A stretch of 64,000 nt of DNA. It comes from Octopus sinensis. Taxonomy: Eukaryota. A model generated the notes under the pieces. It saw only the letters and a program-made list of their open reading frames with translations, ran no database searches and was not told the origin of the DNA. The translations under genes were made by a program, and so were the position numbers. Of this stretch, positions 53,840 through 64,000 are shown one piece after another (position 1 is the stretch's first letter; each line of letters opens with the position of its first letter). The stretch is from the NCBI RefSeq assembly GCF_006345805.1, contig NC_043007.1, positions 28,706,001 through 28,770,000 of the forward strand. Direction: 5' to 3'.

Positions 53840-53840
<1 letters not shown>
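49755..53840 (-). mobile_element. Long CR1/L2-group LINE (partial ORF1 with CCCH fingers, EN, RT), 5' end truncated
   Basis: ILTETHL, GGTAIYVHD, NYRPISLTSHIIKVFERVL, QHGFRNGRDCLTQL, RDLGV..WILRTF; same 3' end family as 57955-62468. Confidence 0.92.
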
Positions 53841-53891
<51 letters not shown>

Positions 53892-53898
53892 CTATATG

Positions 53899-53981
<83 letters not shown>

Positions 53982-54533
53982 GTGTATATATATATATATA
54001 TATATTATATGTATATGTATGTATATATATATATAAGAATGAATGTTTTATATATAATGAACGTGAAATACAGACAAATCATTCGAAGCCTTCAATCTTC
54101 AGTCAGACAACCGAATCATCATAGCAAATTTCGGCTGTTCAATTCTGATATTTGCTCCAACTGGCCAGCCCCAAGAAAAAAAACTAAGCTGTAAGCATTA
54201 GATTTCTTGGTAGAAGACAGAATGTGAAACGCACAAGACGGATGTGAATACAAGAGACGAAAACGAAATTGAAAACAGTAATGAAAACAAAAACATACAT
54301 AAATAACGGTGGTTGTCATACGACTTTAGACCAAATGAGACAAAACAACAACAACAACATAGCAGCTGGCGTAGAAATATTACCGTTTCGGTAGCGGGGA
54401 CACATGTTGGTCGAGATACGAAGGCCAACAGAATGGTTGAAGAAGCAGCAGGTCGCAGGAGAGAGAGAAAGAGAGACAGAGGAGAGGGTATATATACATA
54501 TATATATACATATTATATATATAATATATATAC

Positions 54534-54581
<48 letters not shown>

Positions 54582-54694
54582 ATATATACTTATACATATA
54601 TATATATATATATATCATATATATACATATATATATATATACCATATATAATATATATATACATATATATATATATATAATATATATATACATA

Positions 54695-54737
<43 letters not shown>

Positions 54738-54749
54738 ATATATACATAT

Positions 54750-56109
54750 TGATTGATGATTCTAGTTTCCGCTTATGAGCTGTGGCCATGCTGGGGCACC
54801 GTCATTTGGTGTTGCTACTTGGTTTCACTTCATGGAGGCTTTCTAGCAACTGCTATTTGGTGCATGAGAGAGTTCGATGCAGCTGCCCTCATCTGCCCTC
54901 CTGCCGTGAAGTTGGTTCATCTGGGACACCTGACAGGAAGAGATCCAGCTTCATTTAAAGACCATCTGTATCCCACCCCATGCAGGTCTCTCAGGTTCTT
55001 CGGGAGGATATTGAAGAGCTGTGGGCCTCGGAAGCCCAGGCTATCACAGAATCTTGTCCTACATCTTGATGGCAGGTTTGGAGTCCTAGGCACCACGCAG
55101 TGGCGCCCAGTTCTGGCATTGCGTAACTCTCAATGCCAAAGTTCAGGACACTTCCCTCCAGGATCTTCCAGATGTATATTATGGCATATCTTTTTCCGCC
55201 TACGCTCCAGGGAATATAATTTTTAATCTCTTGAGTCTTTCCCAGTAGCTTACATTCTGCATAGAGGCTATCTTCTTTGTGTAGCTTCGTTGGATCGCCT
55301 CAAGTTCTGTGATCAACTTGACACTGGATGGTGACCATAGCTGAGAGCAATAGTCAAAGTGGCTTAGGACAAGTGTCTTCAAGAGGACCATCATGGTTTT
55401 TTGTTCTCTTGTTCTAAAGGTTCTAAGAATCCATCCAGCCAGCCGTCTACATTTCATTGTCAGTTTAGAAACATGTACATGAAAGGTCGCGTCATCACTC
55501 ATGTGAATACCCAGGTCACGCACTGATTGTGCCTCTGGGATTGCAATCCCTCCGGGTCCAGTGTATTCATTGGGTATTGCATTCAGTTTTGCATGCTGAT
55601 ATAGTATAAAGCTTGAAACTTTCCAGCATTGAACTGCATGCTATTCTTTTCAGCCCACTTGTATATTTCGTCCAGCTCACATTGCAGGTGTTTAGTGTCC
55701 TCAGGGTTCTGTATTGCCTGTGAAACTTTTGTATCATCTGCAGAACTTGTGATCGTGGCTCTCTGCGTGGCTGAGGGCATGTCTGAGAGGGCCATTATGA
55801 ACAGTAGTGGTCCCAGAACAGTGCCCTGCGGAACACCGCTCACTATTTGTGTGTTAATGGAGGTGGCCCCATTGGCTACTACCACCTGACTTCTATCCTT
55901 CAGAAAGTCATGAAGCCATTCCCCGTTTTCCAACTATGTTGAGATCACGCAGTTGTTGACATATCATTCCATGATCGACTTTATCAAGGCCTTTGCAAAG
56001 TCGAGATATATCACTTCCACATTTGAGTGGTGGATGGAGCAAGCGTTTCAGCACCCAGTCATAGTGTTGTAGGAGCTGAGTTAAACAGCTTCTCCTGGTC
56101 GGAAACCAT
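54750..56109 (-). mobile_element. 5'-truncated CR1/L2-group LINE
   Basis: ORFs 55583..55933 (SGVPQGTVLGPLLF..ADDTKV) and 55200..55523 (RDLGIHMSDD..GWILRTF). Confidence 0.92.
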
Positions 56110-56216
56110 GTATGTATGTATATATATGTATGTATGTATATATATGTATGTATATATGTATGTATGTATGTATATATGTATGTATGTATGTATATATGTA
56201 TGTATGTATATATATG

Positions 56217-56255
<39 letters not shown>

Positions 56256-57242
56256 GTATATATATGTATGTATATATGTATATATGTATGTATATATATG
56301 TATCTATGTATATGTATGTATGTATATGTATGTATGTATATATATGTATGTATATATGTATATATGTATGTATATATGTATGTATGTATATATGTATGTA
56401 TGTATATATATGTATGTATGTATATATATGTATGTATGTATATATATGTATGTATGTAATATGTATGTATATATATGTATGTATGTATATGTATGTATGT
56501 ATATATATGTATGTATGTATATATATATATATGTATGTATATATATATGTATGTATGTATGCATATATATGTATGTATATATATGTATGTATGTATATAT
56601 GTATGTATGTATATATATATGTATGTATGTATGTATATATATGTATGTATGTATATATATGTATGTATGTATATATATATATGTATGTATGTATATATAT
56701 ATATATGTATGTATATATGTATGTATGTATATATATGTATGTATGTATATGTATGTATGTATATATATGTATGTATTATATGTATGTATGTATATAATGT
56801 ATGTATGTATATATGTATGTATGTATATATATAGTATGTATGTATATGTATGTATGTAATATATATGTATGTATGTATATATTATGTATGTATGTAATAT
56901 ATGTATGTATGTATGTATATGTATGTATGTATGTATATATATGTATGTATGTATATATGTATGTATGTATATATATATATGTATGTACATATATATAGTA
57001 TGTATGTATATATATATGTAGTATGTTGTATATATATGTATGTATGTATATATATGTATGTATGTATAATTGTATGTATGTATATATATGTATGTATGTA
57101 TATATATGTATGATGTATGTATATGTATGTAGTATGTATGTATGTATGTATGTATGTATATATATGTATGTATGTATATATATGTATGTATGTATGTATA
57201 TATATGTATGTATGTATATATATGTATGTATGTATGTATATA

Positions 57243-57276
<34 letters not shown>

Positions 57277-57394
57277 AGTGATGTGTATGTATGTATGTAT
57301 GTATGTTATATATATATATATATGTATGTATATCTATATATATATGTATGTAATATATATATATATGTATGTATATATATATATATATATGTAG

Positions 57395-57425
<31 letters not shown>

Positions 57426-57445
57426 TATAGTATATATATGTAGTG

Positions 57446-57478
<33 letters not shown>

Positions 57479-57729
57479 GTATGTATATATATATATATGT
57501 ATGTATATATGTATGTATATATGTATGTATATATATATATATATGTATGTATATATATATATATGTGTATGTATGTATATATATATATGTGTATGTATGT
57601 ATATATATATATATGTGTATGTATGTATATATATATATATGTGTATGTATGTATATATATATATATGTGTATGTATGTGTATATATATATATGTGTATGT
57701 ATGTATATATATATATATGTGTATGTATG

Positions 57730-57760
<31 letters not shown>

Positions 57761-57954
57761 ATATATATATATGTATGTATGTATGTATATATATGTATGT
57801 ATGTATGTATGTATATATTGTATGTATGAATGTATGGTATATATGTATGTATGTATGTATATATATGTATGTATGTATGTATATATAATATATATATATG
57901 TATGTATGTATGTATGTATATATATATATATATAATGTAGTATGTATATATATA
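56110..57954. repeat. Compound (TA)/(TATG)n microsatellite
   Basis: Read directly. Confidence 0.97.
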
Positions 57955-60900
57955 TACTTTGATACTTTGATAGGTTTCGGCCATTATTGGCCAGGCCATG
58001 TCTAACTTAATAGCACCACCTGGTGAAGTCTTTCAAGTCAGATTTGGGCACTATGGCCCACTCAAGTAGAGAGTTATTGTTTACAGAGACATATCCGGGT
58101 GTAGGGGGTTTATCCGGGATTTCTTGAAGGAATCTGTCAAAGACTTCTTGAACCCTATAGGGTCAGTTTCTGTTTTAATGTGTTTTGGTGTAATGTTAAA
58201 GAGAGGGGGCCAATTGAGGTGAAATAATTGTGCCGTATTGTTGTTATGAGATGAGAGTGCGATTTTTGTTTTGGGCGGATGGCACGGGCCCAAGCCTTGG
58301 ATGTACCTTAAAGGTGATGCCAACATCATTTGGGCAATGCTGATGGAATATTTTCCACTCATGCAGATGATGTAGCGCTCACGACGACGTTGGAGAGAAT
58401 AGAGTTTTAGCTTTTCTAGTCGACCCCAATAGTCGAGGCCTGTCATGCCATCTATCTTTTTTGTGATTGCCCCTTGAGGTGCTTCAACTTTTATGATACC
58501 TTGTATTGTGTGGGGAGACCACAGTGGACAACAGTATTCAAGGTGGGGTCGGGCAAAAGTGGAGAAGAGAAGGATAATGGTGTGGATATCTCTCGACTGG
58601 AAAGTTCTGAGAATCCAGGAACACATTCTGCGGGCCATGTCAACTTTGGTTTATATGAGTGGCCCAGCTTACGTTGTTGTCCACAATTACTCCCAAGTCT
58701 CTGATGTGTTGGACGCCGCGAGAGTTTCACCTGAAGGAAGGGAGTATGGGAGTTTCAGGGCATCCTCTTTTCCAAAGTGGATTAGCTCAAATTTATCCTC
58801 GTTCAGCAGCATATTGTTTTTTTCTGCCCATTGGATAACAGCCAGTAGATCTGACTGAAGGCATGTCCGGTCACTCGCCTCATTTATGACTTCTGTAGCT
58901 TGGAGTCATCTGCAAAGATTTTTTGTTGCTGTGCTTGATGATGTCATTAATGTCATTAATGTAATATGATGAAAAGAAGTGGGCCCAGCACAGTGCCTTG
59001 CGGAACGCCACTACTGACTTGGCTGGGCTTGATTTTACCCCTTCAACTACAACATGTTGAGATCTGTCTGTCAGGAAACACTTAATCCATTTCAGTAACT
59101 TTCCAGAGACAGAGACACCAATGTTGGATAGTTTTTTCAATAGGATCTTGTGATCGACCCTGTCGAAGGCCTTACTGAAATCAAGGTAGATGACATCGGT
59201 GTTGGAGCCCTCTCCCAAAGCTCTCAAAATGTCCTCAAAGTGATGCAGGAGCTGCGTTAGGCAGTCCCTTCCATTACGGAACCCATGTTGGTTGGAGATC
59301 AGCCGTCTGTTGCTTTCCAGAAATTGGGTTATTCGAGATCTCACCACCCTCTCAAATACCTTGATGATATGAGAGGTGAGTGAGATCGGACGGTAATAAT
59401 TCACTGCAAGGGACTTGTTTCCCTTTTGAAAACTGGGACAACAGACTGGGACAGAAGGTTTTTTGGAATATAGCCAGCATCCAGTGAGTTTCTCCACAGA
59501 TTAGCAAGGGGAGATGCAAGTTGGTGTCGACCACACCTTCAGGACACAAGCAGGGAACCTATCGGGGCCTACTGCTGAATTGTGTTTTATTTCGTTTATC
59601 GCCGCTAAGACATCAGGGGCACTAAACGTTATGTCCGATAGTGTGTGGGGGGTGACATCACTGATACAGCCCAGATCGGCCATATCAGGATTGCTGAAAA
59701 CAGAGCAGTATTGTTTCTGCAGTATCTCGGCCATGGATTTGGCATTATCTTGGAGAGTGCCAGTTTCGTCACATTAGAGGGCCTACAGTGGAGACAGTGA
59801 CCCTGCGTTTCCTCGCAAATGAAAAGAACACTTTGGGGTTGAGTTGATTTTTTCAATGGCCCACTTCTCCTCAGCTGATCTTTGGTTATTCATGCATTGT
59901 TGGAGGTTATATTTTTTGGATTCAAGCAGTGCGATAGCCGTCGAATGTGTGTTGCTGTTGGCAGTACTTTAGTTGTTAATTTTTTTGTTGTTCTTTTTAT
60001 TTTTCTGATAATGGTTTTTCTGTTTTGGGGGATTCTGCACTTTTTGTTCACAGGTCTTGGTGGGGAGTGTTTTGCACATATGTCTGTGACGGTGTCTACA
60101 AAGATCTGCCAAGATGTTTTATGGTTGGTGGAGATGTGTGTATGTGTAAAGGACCAGTCAACATTTGATAGCTCGTTCCTGATTGCATCCCAGTTGGCTT
60201 TATGGAGATCCATGTTGTCAAATGGGTGGGCTGGAGGAAGGTCACTAGGATTAGCTTCGGGCTGGTGGAATTTCATGTTACAGAGAACCATGTCATGGTC
60301 TGAAAGAAGGGTTTTTTCCACTGTAACGTTATGTATAGTGTTAGTGTGGTTACTAAACACTAGGTCCAAAATGTTCTGATGTCTTGTTGGTGCAAGGACA
60401 AGTTGGGACAAGAAAACTCATTCGTAAAGTCGAAAAGTGACTCTGCTGCTTCTTTGTCAGCGGTTGAGGCGGAGAGTGGGAGTGCTTGGTTTCAAACAGT
60501 TTGTTGTAGTCCAGTCAACACAGGGTAGATTGAAGTCTCCCATCATGAGTATGTTGCTAGAATGGCACTGTTGAATAAAGCACTTAATGCTGTTGAGGCA
60601 TTCTTTAAAGCACAGTATGGGTGTTTGGGGCGGCCTATAGAGCCCAATTACTGTCAGGGTCATTGGCTTTGTTTGTGCACGGTGACTGATTCACAGTAGC
60701 CGTTGGAGAATATACTATTTCCATCTGCCGTAAATGAATCATGCAGGAAAATGGGCAGTTCCACCCTTCCTCCTGCCGATACGATCCGCGCGGATGGTTG
60801 TGAAATTCTTCACTCTCACTTCGGCTTCCAAGTGGGAGTTGTCAAGGTGGGTCTCAGTGAGAATGAAGAAAGGGAGTGTGGTGTGAATGGTTACCAACCC

Positions 60901-62468
60901 AGTCTTCAATGAATTGACCTTCCATTTTTGTGCATTGATGGAAGGGCTGACACCTTGTGCATTGAGTAGGAATGTGGAGGTTAGTTGTAGTGGCTGGTTT
61001 TGACTGTTGCAGGGGGCTTGGATTTTTTGTGTGTGTTAGTGGCAGCAATGTGGGGGAATTGGTGCACTGGGGTAATAGCATAGGATGGTGTTGAGTGATG
61101 GCTAGAATGTTTTTGTGTATCTTTTTGCCATGTTCAACATGGCTAAAAAAGAATTTTCCTGCTTAGGGAGCAGTTTTTGGCTGGAGGTGTGGTTGCACTG
61201 TTGGATAGGGTTGTAGTTTCCACTTTTGTTGTTGTTGTTTTTGTGTCTTCCTGAAAAGACTGGACCAGCATTACTGCAGCATGGTGTGTTTCTATTTTTA
61301 TTGTTATTCAGGTTTGTGTGTTGGCTTGAGGCCCCGTTTCTGTTGTGTGCGTCGGGTCCCTGGAAGATGAGTGAAGGGACAGTCACTCAGTAGACATGTT
61401 CTCTCACGTTGGGAATACCGGCAGATTTTGGGACTCCGAGTTGTGTGTGTTTTGAATTTCGATTTACTATTTGGTGGTGTTGATGTTATTGTGGGGATGC
61501 GTGCTTTGGCCTTGGCCGTAGTGCGTCTAGTGCCGGGTAGATGCGTGAAGATGCAGTCACTACTTGTGCAGAGTCTCTGGCGCAGTGAAACAGCGGCATA
61601 TTTGGGGATTCTTGTTTGAGCCGTGGGGGGCGCATTCTGCTTCCTATTGTTCTTTAAGTTTTTGTTACTGCAGCAGTAGTATTGAGGTGGTGATGTGGGG
61701 GAAGAGGGCAGTGGTTTCTTATTTGGTTTTCTGTTGGTATTTTTGGTGATAGAAGACGATGGTGGCAGCGGTGGTGATGATGATGATGATAATTGTGGTG
61801 GTTGCTGTGAGAGCGGTGAAAAGATACTGGCATTAGTGAATCGCTAGTAAGCTAGAGTTGAGGAGTGGCTGTTGTTCTTGTGCTGTGGCTGTTGTTCTTG
61901 TTGTTGCGCCTGACCGATGTCAGGGTCAGCCATTGTGCTGGGAACCAGGAGTGGCTCATTCTGTTGGTGTTGTTGTTGTGGCTGCTGATTTTCTAGCTGT
62001 TGTTGTTCTTGAACTGTGAAAATATGTAGAAGCTTTTCATAATGGCCTCTTATCAGTTTGAAAGATACTTCGATATGTTTCAACTTGCTACGAATCTGTT
62101 TGATGGATCGTGTGTTGACGACTTGTGATGTTTTTCGGCAATCTCATTCAAACACAAGACATTTAGATTTTCTGTTTGGGAAAGAGAGAGCCATGTGTTA
62201 ATTAAAACATCAATTTCGTTATCAGACCAATTTCGTCTGTTGCAGGCCTGCAAGTTAGTCATTTGTTTTTCTTTTGTTTGTTTTCCTTTTGATTTTTGAA
62301 AATATATATTCTTTCTTGGGAGTTAAAGAAGTGTATATATATATAAATGTTCTCTCTTAAGGGTGTGAGTTTTTGATTATTTGGTTGTTTGAGGATATTA
62401 AAAGAAAAACAGGTGTATATAACAATTTGTAGTTAAATGAAAACGTACTTACGGGTTTGTAGGCAAAC
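57955..62468 (-). mobile_element. Near-full-length CR1/L2-group LINE (~4.5 kb): 5' UTR, ORF1, EN, RT, (TATCAAAG)n tail; frameshifted
   Basis: ORF1 starts at 62262; EN motifs LYRPP, MGDFNLP, PTRHQNILDLVFSN, LSDH; RT motifs RPISLTSH, YLDFSKAFDRVDH, YINDI; C-terminal LYSLQRRRER. Confidence 0.93.
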
Positions 62469-62607
62469 ATATATATATGTATGTATGTATATATATATAT
62501 ATATGTGTATGTATGTATATATATATATATGTGTATGTATATATATGTGTATGTATGTATATATATATATATATGTATGTATGTATATATATATATATGT
62601 ATGTATG

Positions 62608-62640
<33 letters not shown>

Positions 62641-63107
62641 ATATATATATATATGTATGTATATATATATATTATGTATGTATGTATATATATATGTATG
62701 TATGTATATATATATATATGTATGTATGTATATATATATATATGTATGTATGTATATATATATATGTATGTATGTTATATATATATATGTATGTATGTAT
62801 ATATATATATATGTATGTATGTAATATATATATATGTATGTATGTATATATATATGTATGTATGTATATATATATATGTATGTATATATATATATATGTA
62901 TGTATGTATATATATATATGTATGTATATATATATATGTATGTATGTATATATATATATATATATATGTATGTATATATATATATGTATGTATGTATATA
63001 TATATATAGTATTTATGTATATATAATATATGTATGTATGTGTATGTATATATGTTATGGTATGTATGTATATATGTATGTATGTATGTATATATATATA
63101 ATGTATG

Positions 63108-63138
<31 letters not shown>

Positions 63139-63191
63139 ATATATGTATGTTGTATATATATATGTATATATAGATGTATGTATGTATATAT

Positions 63192-63222
<31 letters not shown>

Positions 63223-63454
63223 GTATGTATGTATATATATATATATAGTATGTATGTATATATATATATATATATGTATGTATATATATATATATATGTA
63301 TGTATGTTATATATATATATATATGTATGTATATATATATATATGTATGTATATATATATGTATGTATATATATATATATGTATGTATATATATATGTAT
63401 GTATGTATATATGTATGTATGTATGTATATATATATATATATATGTATGTATAT

Positions 63455-63491
<37 letters not shown>

Positions 63492-63940
63492 ATATATGTA
63501 TGTATATATATATATGTATGTATGTATATATATGTATGTATGTGTATGTGTGTATGTATGTATGTATGTATATGTATATATATGTATGTGTATATATATA
63601 TATGTATATATGTATGTATGTATGTATGTATGTGTATATATATGTACGTATGTATATATGTATGTATGTATGTGTGTATATATATGTACGTATGTATATA
63701 TGTATGTATGTATGTATGTATGTGTATATATATGTATGTATGTATATGTATGTATGTATGTGTATATATATGTATGTATGTATATGTATGTATGTATGTA
63801 TATATGTATGTATATGTATGTATGTATATATGTATGTATGTATATATGTATGTATGTGTATATGTATGTATGTGTATATGTATGTATGTATATATATATG
63901 TATGTATATATATATGTATGTGTATGTATTTATATGTATG

Positions 63941-63971
<31 letters not shown>

Positions 63972-64000
63972 GTGTATATATATATATATATATGAATGTA
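62469..64000. repeat. Compound (TA)/(TATG)n microsatellite running off the window
   Basis: Read directly. Confidence 0.97.

Noticed and set aside
57975-58000. ggcc-N-ggcc-GAAAC looks like hammerhead ribozyme stem II plus GAAA
   Set aside because: The required CUGANGA core is absent upstream (catggcct instead). It is better explained as the LINE 3' recognition hairpin.
34360-64000. Dozens of long ORFs rich in [12 protein letters not shown] (e.g. 34360..34959, 37194..38639, 45770..46864, 56027..56797, 63300..63995)
   Set aside because: They are translations of stop-free TA/TATG microsatellites, not genes.

Overview
AT-rich, repeat-dense animal genomic DNA; the SINE/RTE families and microsatellite load resemble an octopod cephalopod, which is an inference. 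Bases 1-34.2 kb hold the 3' part of one plus-strand gene, a Caprin-1 homologue. I traced 11 coding exons by GT-AG boundaries and phase (2,223 nt, 740 codons plus stop); the first coding exon(s) lie upstream of the window. The introns contain RTE and SINE fragments, a mariner remnant, a composite Helitron block and two copies of an internally deleted piggyBac element, one with a six-fold tandem amplification of a ~178-bp transposase segment. From ~34.4 kb to the end is an ~8-kb (TA)/(TATG)n microsatellite array, almost all in one orientation, interrupted by ten LINE pieces (RTE and CR1/L2-group). The best leads are: (i) LINEs that appear to have inserted into a pre-existing microsatellite array; (ii) a CR1/L2-group ORF1 with a Myb/SANT-like N-terminus and two CCCH fingers; (iii) a PHD finger inside the RTE reverse transcriptase; (iv) a covarying 3'-terminal hairpin shared by diverged LINE subfamilies; (v) tandem PAM2-like motifs and a possible alternative C-terminus in Caprin. 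Most ORF-track entries are microsatellite or antisense artefacts. All alignments were done by eye from recalled family consensus; no database search was run.
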